Origin: the human T2T-CHM13v2.0 reference genome, Homo sapiens
Reading direction: 5' to 3' (one strand)
Length of the DNA: 64,000 nt
Assembly: GCF_009914755.1 (NCBI RefSeq)
Contig: NC_060935.1
Shown: in pieces, positions 36,588 to 52,700 of the stretch
Numbering within the stretch: position 1 is the stretch's first letter
Layout: the number at the start of each line of letters is the position of its first letter
Program-made: the position numbers and the translations under genes
Notes under the pieces: generated by a model
Seen by the model: only the letters and a program-made list of their open reading frames with translations
What the model was told of the DNA's origin: nothing
Database searches by the model: none

Positions 36588-39500
36588 CTTTAGAGGCTAA
36601 GAACAAGGAGAACAATATTCTTCAGAGCTTTTGAGTTAAGGAAATATTTCTATAGCCCCTGACCTAATTGTTTATTGCACTGAGGCATCAAATGAATCTC
36701 TTCTTCCTCTGAACCCCTGATCACAAAATATCTTATCTAACAAAAGTACTGATGGTGAATAGGACAGGGAAAGCAGATTACTATGAGATGAGTGGCATGG
36801 GTAGCAAATGACAGGTGTGTTGGGGGTGGGGAGTGTGTAGCAGAGTTCACTGCGGAAGAAAGAAGAAGGCAACCTCTGGAGCAAGAGAAATTGACAATGT
36901 ATATGGTGCCTTGATATAATTTGAATGTGGTTTCTCTTACCTTAGCCATAATATTAATTGGGAATGAACAGAAGTGATGGAAGGGCAAGAAGGATGAAGA
37001 GGAGTTGGAAGCCAGTGCTTATTGGTACTATGTGCAGGTCCTGTGCCAGCATTTTCTTCACAATAATTCTGTGAGGCAGCTGTTTTTAATCCCACTTTCT
37101 GGGGAAACTGGGTCTAAAATTGGTTTTAAAACTTGCTCATCTAGTTAACAAGAATTAGAGCTGGAATTGAAATACAGGGGTGTTCTGTGAAGTTCAAAGT
37201 CCTTTGGCCACAATGTCTGACTCTCCAATATAATAACCCCTTGTGTTTTCTTCTACTTGCTGAACCCAACTGAATGAATTCTCACTGTGGAACACTTTTT
37301 TTCTGACTACTCTTACTGCCAAAAACCCATCACCCTGTATTAGAAGGTACTTGACTATGTGTCAAAAAGAGAAATTGCTTTTCTTCAGTTAACTATTTTT
37401 AGCACAGATTATCTGACTAGCAGGTTTATCTTAAGTGATGCTGGCACTGTTCATGGGCCCTGGACTACTACTAAAAATACAAATGCTAATTGTGCTGAGA
37501 GCACTCAGCACAACTTTGGCTTTCAGCTCATTCTAATTGACAGACTTAGGCTTTGTTTCATGTAAATGTGCATGAACTAGATTATTTTCTTAAATTCTCA
37601 GCCTTACCATCATACTCTGCTATATTTAGCATGTTTGCTTCCCTGAATAACCCAGTTGCCTCACAATTGATTTCATCTATATTTATTGACAAGAGAGAAA
37701 GAGGTCATCAAGTACAACATTAGAATGGACTTTGGAGGCTCAGTTGTACTGAGACATATCCTGTGGTACTTGGTTCAGAATGTGGTACTTTGTACAAAAG
37801 AATCATGAATGAAAGAAAGTGATTTCTCATATTTGGAGCTCTCCAAGTGACCCAAATGATCCCAAATAAAAGAAGAATGGTATTCTTGGCTGAAAATGAG
37901 ACATTCACATTCATAATTACAATTTTTATAACCAAAACAAGCATTATTGCTATTGATAGATGTAGTCAGAACATGAATATCAGCATAGGCCCATAGATTT
38001 TAATACATAACCAAGAAGTTTTTCTTGAACCTTCAACAACTATCAGTTGTTTTTGTTGATGATAGAAGTTAGGAGTTCTTTAAAGTAATGGTCTTCGAAA
38101 TAATGTATTGTGCTTTTGTGTATTGTTTTGTTTTTGGATATATTTTCTGTTCTTCTATAATTACTGTCTCTCCTCTGAGGCACCAAAAGATGTTATTTAT
38201 TAATTGACAGTAGTTAGTACTGAATATAAGCACAATATAGTGAAGGATACAAGAAAAAGAAAGTTAACTTCCAAATCAGTTCTGGCTCTGTCACTTCCTA
38301 GGAAACAAATGACTTTCAGCAAGTGATTTATCTCTGTAAGCGGCAGCTTCCTTAACTGGTAAGAAAATAAATAGAAAGAAGGATACTAGAAACAGTCCTA
38401 CTTAAAGGGAAGTTTGTGGCAAGTAAATAATATTAGTGGGAGTCAACACAGTGAAAGGCACATAGCATTTGCTCAAGCAAATGCTCAAAAAATGGTATTT
38501 TTAAAAAATAATTATTACGTACAATAGTAAAAAAGGAGCAACTTTTAATTACTTATCATTTTATTATTTTCTGTAAATTAAATTAGATATATGGTTTTCC
38601 TTTGACGTGATAGCTTTAGATATATTTTATTTTCTCTGTTTATTGTTTCTGTTTACAAAACATGCTTATGACATTTGCATACTGCATTTTAAATTTAGCA
38701 TAATTCTGTCATAAGTACATTTACATAGTATTATGTGCTCTGGATTTGCATTGTGTTTCACGCAGTACAGATAGCGTATTAACTTTTGGTCCCTGGATGT
38801 GGTGAACAAATTATGAAAGCTGGAAATCCCAGTGCTTCACTCATTCCTCGCTCAACACTAAATCCTACTAGTTTTAAAATCTGTCCACTTATCTATCCAT
38901 ACTGCTGTGTTCCTCATTTAGGCATATTCTCCCCCTTTATATTTAACTTGAAGATAGTAACAGCTGCATTACTGAACTTCCTGTTTCGGAGCTTGCCTTC
39001 CTTTGTTTCAATCACCCTTCACTTTGTAAACAAAGTAATGTCTGTAATTTCAAATATGACTATTTTTCTTCTGTTTTTCAAAGCATTTTCAACCTCAAGA
39101 AATGCATTTAAGCACACTGACCTCAAAAAAAGATGCAAACTCCTTGAGATGCTTATGAGGACCTTTAAGAGCTGGTTGTTTTCTTTCTGAATGTACTGTT
39201 TCTAAATATAAATGAATGCAATTCTTCACAGAATTCAATTTAAAAAGCACTGGGTAAAATTAATGTAGTTATCATGGAAACGTAAACATCTTCAAATATT
39301 CATGAACATTTTTAAAAATTAAAAAATACTAAAAAGGATGTGCTTTTTGATACTAATGATTACCTTAAATTCAAAACCATATAATAAATGGCTCAGAAAT
39401 CAATTAATAGGTTGTTTTAACAGAATTTAGAAGTAGTAAAGAGAATAAAGTAAATATGAAAACTTAATATGTAACAAGGAAGGCAGTCTAAGTCACAGGA

Positions 39501-42500
39501 AGTAAGGAAAATTAATAAGTTTTGCTAGAATAAATGACTTCTCACTAGAAAGAAAATAAAATCGATTTTGTTGTTCACATAATATAGGAAATGTAAGACT
39601 ACATACATTAAGTGTTAAAATAAATAATTAAGACATTTTAAGCCAAAATATAACATTATAGTCTATAGAAAATAGACTTTTTGTAAAACTTGTGAGTGGG
39701 AGACCTTTTTGTCTTTAACAGTGTACCCAGAATCCAGACATATATATACATTTTAAGAATATACCTTTAGTGGGCAAAAGTCACCTTATAGAAGTTGTAA
39801 GAAAAATAATAGCAATGGAAAATATTTACAATAAAATATATGACAAATAAAATTTATTATAGTAACTATTTGAAAAATCTCTCCAATGATTTGGAAGAAG
39901 ACAAATATTTTTATAATAAAATTGTCATTGAATAACGGCAACTCACAGAAGAGGAAGTCATGTCCACAAAATATGTGCAAAGATGTTTAATCTCACTTGT
40001 GGTAAAGAAAATGCTAAATAATAGTTTTTAACAATTTAATGATATTAACAATTTAAGCAATAATTAAATACATTTATATCAACTTGGCAATAATTATAAA
40101 GGGCAGTACTATTCATTGTTGGCAACAGCGTGAGTAAACGTATCTCCAATACATTGATGTTGGAAATGTGAACTGATAAAATATTTTGCTGAAGTACTCG
40201 TTTTGTGGTTTGTCAAATGAACATTACAGAAGATAGCAAGAAACAAAACAATCTCATTTATGGTATGTTCTCCTATAGTATATCACAGAAATAATGTAAA
40301 ATTACACACACACACATACATATGCACACACACGATTGAAGTTGAAAAATGTGGAGATGTGAAATATATATGTAAGAGAATGTTTTAGATAAAATTTAAA
40401 AATACTCATTTTATGGAATATGATACAAGCATTGAAAAGAACAAACTAAGCTTTTTGGATGAGAAGAGTAATTTACTATACATGCTTTCCCCTCCCCTAG
40501 TAAAAATTCAACTAAGTAATAATAAAGGAATAAGTAGATACAAACAAAAATAAAGACAAAAGAAAGCTTTAAAGACAAAATGTTTTATCAAATTTCCTCA
40601 AGACACCAAGAAGATGAAATACAAATGTTATAAAAGAGATCATAGAAAGCTACAGCAAATAATAGAGATAAAAGGGACTTTAAAGGTGAGAGAAGGATGA
40701 ATATCCTTTCAGAATGCTAGAGAAATCCAGAATTTAAGACTTACAGGTACGGTGTTGGTGCGATTGATGCTAACAGTAGGTAGGTTACGTAAAAGCTATG
40801 TACAGAATGGATACCATCTTGTCCTTGCTGGAAGAATACATATAGTATGTGGCCATTATTTAGTATGCATATAGTATCAGATGAAATACTATATTGAAGC
40901 CATGAGAGAGAAAAACAATTGTGAGGGAAAGGATATTTTTGGTAAGACAATTGAATCAAGTATAAGTAAAAAAAAGAGTCTTGAGATGATTAAGAAAGGC
41001 TGGGTAGACTTAGTAGACTTAGGTGCGTATGAGTAAAGGCAGTTTCACATCTCGAAGTCCCTCAGAATAAAGGATGTTTCGCTACCTCATTACTCTCATA
41101 CTTGGATTGCTGGTTAGTCAGTTTTTCCCTATAACTTTTTTATTTTTTATTATGAAATATTGGATGAAAAAGCAAGACTCTCCAGACATTGATACATTCT
41201 GTAATATAAAAGAAAATTCTTTATGAAGCGAAAAAAAAAAAAATGCCTTGGAAAGATTAGTTCAAGAACAAGAAAAAGCTTTAAAACATATACTTAATTT
41301 ATCCTCAACAATATTTAGATAAGAAATCTATAAAACAAGAAGAGTCACTATGAATAAGTAAGTATCAAGAAGCATGAAACACCTATAAGAAATTTAAAAT
41401 AAATATTTTTAATTAAAAACATGATTTATGAGATAAAAACCTGTACATCACTTAAAAATTAAGACAAAAAGAAAAAAAGGATATTTGAGAGGAAAGACAC
41501 AAGACAGAGGATCAATTTGAAGGTCAAATATCAAAATATGAGGAGTTCCCCGAGATCAAGTTTGGAAATATAAATAATTGAAAAGTAAATCAAAATATCC
41601 TTTTCTTTTTTCAGAAAAAAAGGATGTGCTTCAGCTAAATGAGACAGCAATTCAATAAAGAAGGCATGGAATTCAAATATCACTAGTTTCAAACTACAAA
41701 GTAATTTGGTAAAATTTCAGAATGTCACATATGTCTTATATCTAATAAATAATCAGATCAGAATGGTACATAAAGATAAATGACTTATCTTGGGGAAAAT
41801 ATGTGTGTGGGTGGGAGTAGTTTGGGGAGAATTGGGATTTAAGAAATTTCTGACTTGAAAAAACAAGTCTTTTTTTGTTTGTTTTTAAATGTGAAGAATA
41901 AACCAAACAGCTGATTAGAGTCGGATTAAAGGAAAAGAATGTATTTATTTGGAAGGTAGAACTGAAGAAAGTATTCTGAATACAGTTCAGAAAGACACAA
42001 TGATAAAAGGGATATTATAGAACATATAAAATACAGTGAGAAGAAGAAACATACATCTGATCAGAGCTATTGAACAAAAAGAGACAATGAATCAGAGATA
42101 AAATGTGAGTACTTAATTGTTAAAATTTTTCTATAATTGATTGAACACAAACCTTCTAAAGTCCAGGTATCTCAACAGAGGCCAAAACAAATTTTTAAAT
42201 AATAATAAATTCACACTGTGATACATCCTAGTGAAACTTCAGAATGCTGAAAGGAGTTAAACTGTCTTAAAAGTAGCACAAGTAAAAAGATTGCTGACAA
42301 AGAAAACTCATAGGTGACTCAGAGTCAGTGAGAGTGGAAACAGAAAACAGAGGGGTGACACCTTGTTTTCAGAGAAAATGAGTATCAATCTAGATTTATT
42401 ATGTTCAGTAAAATTATTTTCTAGATTGAGAAGAAATAACGGCATTTTTATACTAAAAGTAAGTACCTGAGAGCGTACATAACCAATAGGTGATATTATA

Positions 42501-43792
42501 TTAAAAGAATATTTATAAAATGTTCTTGAAGAAAGAATACCAGAAGGAAATATCAGATGAAAGAAATAAGCTTGAACAATGATAACTGTAAACTTCTAAG
42601 TAAATCTAAGTAAATATTGGCTGCATACTATAATAACAATTTTTAATTTATGAGTTTAGAATTCAATTTCTTTTAAAAAATCAACTGTCTCTAAGTGAAG
42701 GGTAAAGGAATCAGATTTAAAGCCTTTTGAGAGTCATTTATTGTAAAGGGGATAGATAATGATATTTATAAACTTCATTAAATTACATATGCACGTAATG
42801 CTGCTAGACTTACCCCTTTATAGATGGGAAAATGTGCATAACTTCTAAATGAGTGGAGAAATAGAGGGGAATACAAGGAAAACAAATCACACTAAACAAC
42901 TCAAATAAATATGAGAGAGAAGCAGGACAAATACAAATAAGAAATTAATTTGTTAGATAAATAAATAAAAAATGTTTATCGTCAGAACAATGTAACATCA
43001 ACTAGTTTGTACAGTTCAGGGACAAAAGTAGACAGATTGGATTAGAAAAATTATCCAAGTACATGCTATTTAAAATGTCACACCTGAAATAAAGGCTGAA
43101 CATAAAAGACTAAAAAAAAATTCAACAATTACTCTCTGAAAGAGATAGTAAGAGAAAGTTTTTAAATAAAATTAATAAATACTGAAAAATTGGAATAGCT
43201 CTATTAATATACATAAAAAGACTGAAGGCAAAAACCACCACCAGAGATAAAGAGAGTCAAAACATAATAGCTTTTATTCAGGAGGAAATATATACATTTT
43301 AAATATAAATTATAATAACAGTTTCAAAATATACAAAGACATGATTGAATTAAAAACACAAATTTGCAAATTAATCATAATTGGGACAAATATTTCAAAC
43401 ATTTATTTTAGTGTGGTTGAGCGATAAAAATGAACAGTAGTATTTAAAGGATTTAAATAACTTAGGTAACAAACTAGCAAAAGTATCTAATAACTATATG
43501 CAAAACACTGCCTCCAAGAAGGTGGAAAGTACACCTTCTTTACAGGCATAAATGAAACAATTTAAAGAATTGAACATGTTCTAGGCTATAAAGTAAAGCT
43601 CTACTGATTTTAAAGGGTTGGTGTCATATTCATCATATTCTCTAACCACCTCGCAGATAAATTAGAAGTCAATAATGAAAAGAACTTTAAATTGTGCATA
43701 CATTCAGAAAATTCAACAAAAAACACTTCTAAATAATACAGGAGACAAGGAAAATAATAATAAAAATTAGAACATTTTGGGGATAAAAGCAA

Positions 43793-43793
<1 letters not shown>

Positions 43794-43846
<53 letters not shown>
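43794..43846. repeat. (TA)n microsatellite
   Basis: Direct reading. Confidence 0.97.
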
Positions 43847-43849
<3 letters not shown>

Positions 43850-43959
43850 AAACATGTATGATGTAAACTTTTATGATTACCTTTAGTGATTAAATTAGGA
43901 AAAAAAGAGAAAGGTTAAAAAAATTGATCTGAGTGTCTAACTTAAAAAAATCAGTTGGA

Positions 43960-44245
43960 GGCCAGGTGTGGTGGATCACACCTGTAATCCCAGCACTTTG
44001 GGAGGCCCAGATGGGCAGATCAGGAAGTCAGGAGTTTGAGACCAGCATGGCCAATATGGTGAAACCCCATCTCTACCAAAAATACAAAATTAGCCAGACA
44101 TGGTGGTGCATGCCTGTAATCTGAGATACTTGGGAGGCTGAGGAAGGAGAATTGCTTGAACCTGGGAGGCGGAGGTTGCAGTGAGCCAAGTCATGCCACA
44201 ATGGGCAACAGAGTGAGACTCCATCTCAAAAAAAAAAAAAAAAAA
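43960..44245 (+). mobile_element. AluS inserted in L1
   Basis: Alu dimer with poly(A); TSD aaaaaaatcagttgga on both sides; short deletion in the right arm. Confidence 0.94.
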
Positions 44246-45540
44246 AAAAAAATCAGTTGGAAAAAAACTAGAGAATGACTACAAGTAAAATAAATGTCAG
44301 CAAAAAAAAAAAAAAAAAAAGACAAAAACAGACATTGAAACGATGGTATATTTTACAGAAAAAAAAAGGCCAAGAATTGAAAAACTTAATAAAGTTTTAA
44401 AAATTGGCAACATTAATCAAGAAAACGGAAGGCACATATAAACAATAATACAAATAGAGTCAAGGTATAGGCACATATGAAGCAGGCATTTATATCCTGA
44501 TAATAAGATAATAGAGAATAATATGAAAAGGTTGAAATTTAGATGAAATGGCACACTCCAAAAAAAAAAAAGAATCACAAGAAAATAGGAAATACAATGC
44601 TTCAGGATACCTACATATGTGGTTAAATACTACAAAGAAAAGTAAAAGTATCATTAACATAAATTTTAGAATTATGGCTTCTTTGGTTTGAGGAGAAGGG
44701 GCTGTATAAGGGAGGGCACATTCCTAAACTATGTGGAGGGAAATGTTTGTTCCTTTTGCACATATTCCTTAAAAAGTGTACCAAGTTAGATATGCACTCT
44801 TTAGTATGTCATATGTATTCAAAAATAACAAAATAAAATATATAAAAATAAAGTGCAAACACTACATATGTGTGCATGTGTTTAGAGGAAGAGCAGAAAG
44901 ATATTCATCTGGTCTGAATAGTTGATTACATCACTGGAGTCAAGGTAGTGGGAAAAAGTGAGGGTATATTAAAATTAATTTTTTACTCTTCCCTTCTTTA
45001 GAATATTTTTCAATTAAAACAAACATGTTTATTTTAAAAACTAAATGAAATAAAATGTGTTACTTTTATTATGAAAATAATACAGAAAAATAAACTATGC
45101 TATAAATGCATTACAAAGCAATATTTTGTTTCATGTTTTCTGTTTTTAAGCTTTATAAAAATTGAATGTTGTGGTATGTTTTCTCCTGTGCTTTACCTTT
45201 TTAAAGAATATTATGCTTTTGAGATTTATCAGTGCTGATGTGTGTAGCAAAAATTCCCTCATTTTTACTGTTGTGTGACATTCAATTTTGTGAATATACC
45301 ACAAAAAAATTAAATTATCTACCCCAGTTTTTCTCTCCAGGTTCCTCACTTTCAGTAAAAAATTCCATGTTCTAATCATAGTGAATTTACTTTTAACTTC
45401 AGTAATTCTCTGTGTGGGATGACATTGATATTTTTATCGGCCAAATATGGTTAAATATCACTCATTTCATATAATTCAGCCCAAACTATACGGTACTGTC
45501 TATAATTTATCTGAAATTTAACTAGACTATATGCTTAGAG

Positions 45541-45901
45541 CAAGGTTCCTCAACCCTGGGCTATGGACTGGTACCAGTCCATGGCCTGTTAGGAACCAGG
45601 TCACATGCAGGAGGTAAGCAGTGAGCCAGCCAGCATTGCTGCTTGAGCTCTGCCTCGTGTCAGATGAGCCATTAGATCCTTATGAGTGCAAAACCTATTG
45701 TGAACTGCACATACGAGGGATCCAGGTTGTACACTCCTTATGGGAATCTAACTAATGTCTAATAATGCCTGATGATCTGAGGTGTAACAGTTTCATCCCA
45801 AAACTATACCACCTGCCTGCCATCCCCACTTTGCCCCCATTGGGAAGAATTTTGTCTTCTACAAAACCAGTCCCTGGTGCCCAAAAGTTTGGGGATTGCT
45901 G
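45541..45901 (+). mobile_element. MER1B (hAT-Charlie MITE)
   Basis: 'ggcctgttaggaacc', 'ctattgtgaactgcaca', 'aaaccagtccctggtgcccaaaagtttgggga'; 8-bp TSD gcttagag/gcttaaag. Confidence 0.9.
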
Positions 45902-47360
45902 GCTTAAAGGTTAAAAATTGTTTCTCTACATTTTTCCTTAAATCTCCAGTGCCTAACTCAGTCTTTTATACATAAAAAGAACTAAATACATGTCCTGAAA
46001 TAATTAGTATTTTAATTATGTTAGAATAACTGCCTTTTCTAATTGTTTCAAAAATGAGCTCATTTCTCCCCATATTTTACATTAACTTTCAAGAAAAAAA
46101 GTAAAAATTGAAATATATTCTTTAGTCATAATTACCAATAAATATTACTTACATTGTTATTTAAGTTATCTACAGTACAATGGAAACATATTTTGTGCTA
46201 TATTCACATAAGAAAATATTACATAACATTGACATTTAAAATATTGCCACACTTCTAACACTGGTTAATCTACCTTCTATTTAGGTAAATGGTATTACAA
46301 TCATGACAAAAAGTCTCTCATCTTTAAAATGCATTATTTCCCTCTCATTAAAGCATCCTTCTTGTCATGGACAAAAGAAACCATAGCCTGAATTTTGTAA
46401 TAATAATTTTCTTGTCTTATGATTTTTAGAATATGTTGTCTACTTTTGCTAATTTTTCAAAATTTTATAAATGGGCTCATTCTTTATGCATTTACTTGTG
46501 CATTACTTTTTGTTCAATGTTATGATTTAATTTTATGCTGTTTCAGTTATGAGTCTAAAGTATAGGTTCATGAATACAGACTTCATTCTAGGTGCTTGAG
46601 CCTAACACTGATTTATTGATTGATTCATTCATTCATTCATCAAAAAGTTACTGAGTATCAATCTGAGCTATGAATAACTTTATACAAATAATATTAAAAA
46701 CTTAAGAGTGACAGATAAATTCCCAGTATAATGTTTTGGTGACTACATCATAGTCACCAAACCTGAAATAATGAAAAATAGAAAACCTGAATCTTGAAAA
46801 AAATATATTAGTAGTGAAAAATCTTTTCATAACTAAACAACACAATTAGATGATTTAGTTCCCTAAATGGTTAGGGAACAAGTACTTCTAAAAAATACTT
46901 CTAATGAACACTTTATAAAATAGGAAACATTCACCTACTTACTTTATGAATATTCATGTAACAGACAAAAACTTCATAAAGCAAAATATATCATTTAGAG
47001 ATCATTTAGGAATCTGAATTCAGAGAAACCTCATATTACTTTCCAGTTTTTAAAATTAAGTATTAATGTGATGAACCATATCATACACTTCCTTCTCCAG
47101 AAGAGTTAAAATTATTTATTATAAATAATAGAAAATTAACTTAAAGATATTTGAAAATCTGTCATCAATTGCAAGAAATGCCTCTACTATCTAGTTGAGA
47201 TTTATCAAGTCAATGATCTTGGAAGTTAACAGAAATTGAATAGATATTATGTATGCAATAAATCAATCAAAATGCTGCAACTCTACACAGGCAAGATTAA
47301 ATAAGGGAGATGGAAAAAAGTAGATTCTTGGTTGTTTGTCCCTCAAGAATTTTCAAAGTT

Positions 47361-47694
<334 letters not shown>

Positions 47695-47954
47695 TTAAAA
47701 GTTATACATAGAAAGAAGCTACTGAAAATGTAGCAAATAATACCACAGAATGAATGATACAGATAATAAGAGTCAGGGAAATTTCATAGCAATGAAAAAT
47801 TCCTGTAAGCTGGCTGGGACAATTTAGTCTTCACAGAAGAGGTGAGGCATTGGTAGGTATGCAAAGTCCACATTACTAATGTCGACACTGAATTGAAATG
47901 ACAACCTAGATACTCAAGCCTACTTGTTATTCATGGTATCCTACTTTTTCAGAT

Positions 47955-49420
<1,466 letters not shown>

Positions 49421-49424
49421 ATTC

Positions 49425-49786
49425 TATCTTAGTTCATTCCTGCCACTATATTAAAAAAAAATCTTAGACTGGGTAATTTATAAACAACAGAAATTTATTG
49501 CTTACAGTTGTATAGGCTGTGAATTTCAAGATTAAAACACCAGCAGATTCAGTGTCTGGTGAAGCCTCATTCTCTGCTTCATAGACGGTGTCTCTTGCTG
49601 CATCATGACATGGAAGAAGGAGCTAACACTTCCAAGGATCTTCTTTCCTAAGGTCATTAATCCCATTCATGAGGATTCTGCCCTCATAATTGAATCACCT
49701 CCAAATGGCTTCACCTCTTAATACTATCATATTACTAATTAAGTTTCAACTATGAATTTGCAGGGGGGTATCATTTGGACATAGCA
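49425..49786 (-). mobile_element. MaLR LTR (MLT1A/MST-like)
   Basis: 'agactgggtaatttataaacaacagaaatttattgcttacagtt', 'gattcagtgtctggtga', 'aatcccattcatgagg', ends 'catagca'. Confidence 0.85.
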
Positions 49787-52700
49787 GTAATCATTTCCAA
49801 ATAACAGTATTCAAAAATTTTAGCAGAGAAGGCACTGTGAACAAACCACCACCCTCCATAGTTTGTAACTCAATTTTAAGAACTCAGAGATTTTTAAGAA
49901 AGATGAGGATCTCAAAGAGCCTGCAGAAATATTATTTCAGAAATAAAAGTAAATCCGATCAAAGGAGGTTAAGTTAGAGATAAAATGTTAAGCTCAAAGA
50001 AAAGTCCCAATTTTTCAAGGGAACTGAGAGCTGAGAAATGAATACTTCATACAAATGAAATATAGAGCTATAAAACCTGGGAGTTTTCTGAAAAACATTA
50101 TTTGTCAGTAGATATTCACAGTTATATGCTTGATACTTTGTTTACCTTAGGTATGAATGTGCACAAATGCTTATGTTGCTTTATTTTTCTAAGTCTAAAT
50201 TGAAATCAATTTTTCTTTATCTAGCTCTGTGCTGTTTCTTGCCAAAGTTGACAATTTACCCATATTAATCACTGTTAGTGAACACCTCTCCTTTTCCAGG
50301 ATTGTCCAAGCACCCTGGAGTTTATATTACCCAGAACATTTGGAGACAAACTTCTGGTCTTCAGGCACTCATTCTCACTGCTGACATGCCCAGGCTCACC
50401 CGGACCATTCAAATTCATCATACCTAGCTCTCTACCTGCCAGTCTTGGGAAGCGAGAGCTTTGAAAATAGCCCCCAACTCCAAGTATCAGCCTTCATTCC
50501 CTATGTTTCTGACCAATTAAGCTTAATTTTTTTTCTGTCAGCTTGAAACACAAAATATTTATGCTCCTCCCTCCCATACATACACATGTGCTCAGGCCTT
50601 AGAAATATACTACCGTCTTTTCCCCCAGAATATGGAGTTAAAAAAAGAGAAAGCTTTTTTTTCCAATGGTGACTTAATATCACAAGAGAAAGGAAGAACC
50701 CAAGGTAATTTTTATTTTAATATTTCAGCTTCTAACATTTCAACAATATGTTTTCAATTAATGATTTGAGCATAATACTATGAAATGGAAAATTGAAATA
50801 TAAAATGATTCATGATTTTAAAAATCTTACAGAGCTCCTTTGTTTCCCCATTTTGTTTCTTGATTTGTTAAATTACAATTGGCAAAGTAATATCAAAAGA
50901 GCTCTAAGGGTCCTTAGGAGTCCAATCTCTCTTTCCAGGCACATTTGGACATAGGGAGAAGGGATTCTGGATTTAGGCTGAGAGGGGGAGAGTGAAAATC
51001 TGTGTCAAGTCTAATGGCTATCAATGCCGCCTTTTTGCTAGAACTACTTGGTAAAGACACTTCAGTAAATCATCAACCCTTTGGGGGTTTCACACTGGGT
51101 ATCTCCTTTTAAATCTCAGGTTATAAAGGATTTAGAAGAGGGAGGTCTCGGTTACACCCCATCCATAACTTTTTAAGTGATGTTTTTGTACTGAGTAAAA
51201 TTGCTACAATAACACAAATCTTGATATAAACTGATTTTTCTTCTTATACCATCTCAGGAAAGATGATGAAAGAAGGGCTAGCCTGAAAGAAACTTCTGCC
51301 TTCTTTGGAAATGAGATGCAAAAAGTATGGCTCCCTGCTACAACAAAAATGGATCCCCCAAGGAGGACATAACTGGAATTGCTGTCATTGTTACCCCTTT
51401 GAAAATCTCAGCCAGCTAGAGGACCAGAGACATTCTCATCAAGATTAAAGCCAGAGCAACCACCACCAACAAATGATGACAAATCCCTGCCAGGATTGGA
51501 GTGGGTTTGAATGGCATAGCTGGCCCCTGGTACTCCTGAGTGGTTAGATCGTCAGTCTTACCTGTTCATTTTGTTAACCTCATAGTAGTACAGCAACATA
51601 TTTTACTTGTTTGAATTGTTTGTGTTAGAATCAGGTATTAACCTTGTAGGCAACATGGATAATATATTTCTGTAGTTCAACATAATTTCCATTTTAAATT
51701 CACAATTTATTAGAGCAGCAGAAAATAATGTCAATAAAATTGAAGCCTCTTTTTCTTAAGGGATTGTGCCTAAGGAGCTTACTTAATTCCAAGACTGGGT
51801 GTGTGGTGAGGAGGGGAGAAAATGGAGAGGACGCTATGCCTCATTATTTCCTAAGATGCTCATCATTCCAAATGATCATCCATCACTGGTCTTAAGGTCA
51901 CTTTTGTCTTCTGGTCTCTTTGGGTCTGAAAGATCTCTGCTATGTCCATTATTCAGGTGGGGGTTTGGAAATAACTGCAACCTATCTAGAAACTCATCTG
52001 CCAAATGAACTTCGCAACAATTTCCTATGTGGGGGCATATCACCTTCCTGAGACTCTGCCTGAGGTAAAGGCACAGAGCCTCACTCCCTTGATCAAGCTT
52101 CCTTCCATCCTTCTTACTCCAACCTGTTTTCTGTTTGCCACAGAAATCTCACCTTCTTTCAGAGACACAAAGGGAACTCTACCCCAAGATCAATTTTATA
52201 AAGGCTCATAATTCCAGTTCTCTCTTGATAATAGAGCAGTCTCGAAATCAGTTACTAAATGTAGGGTGGATTAATTTTAGATCTTGTGTATAGGACTTGG
52301 TCTGAATCCTTTAAAATCGTAGGTATATACTTTACATAAGCCTTACCCCAAGGGCAGCCATAATTTTCTTTCAACCATATTTTGTAGGCTGGTGAGTCCT
52401 GCACCTGCCCCAAGTTTCAGGCAATTAACTTGACTGTGGTCTCCTGCCATGCACACTGAGCTTTAGCTCTCATTAATCTGTGGGAGACAAATTCTAGCTT
52501 CCTCTAGACTGAGAACCAGCAGGCCTAGCTCCAGTCTCTAATCACTAACTTATCACTGTGACATTTTTTTCCCTTTCTGGTCTGTGGAGATATTTCTCTT
52601 CTTTTGAGTTTACCATATCTTAGTCATTTTGCCATTCTTTAAAATTATTCTTTGACTGCTAAGCTTGGAGTTGATGGAGAAGTTCAAGCCTAAACTCATA

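Larger units (their letters stand above)
39600..44600 (+). mobile_element. Old L1M fragments (ORF2 3' part, then ORF1 and endonuclease region)
   Basis: Strong A-rich strand bias; L1 motifs 'aagatgtttaatctcact', 'catcctagtgaaacttcagaa', 'ggaatagctctattaata', 'attctctaaccac...aattagaagtcaataa'. Confidence 0.7.

Noticed and set aside
38786-39190. 134-aa ORF
   Set aside because: Non-ATG start, no recognisable domain, sequence resembles decayed L2
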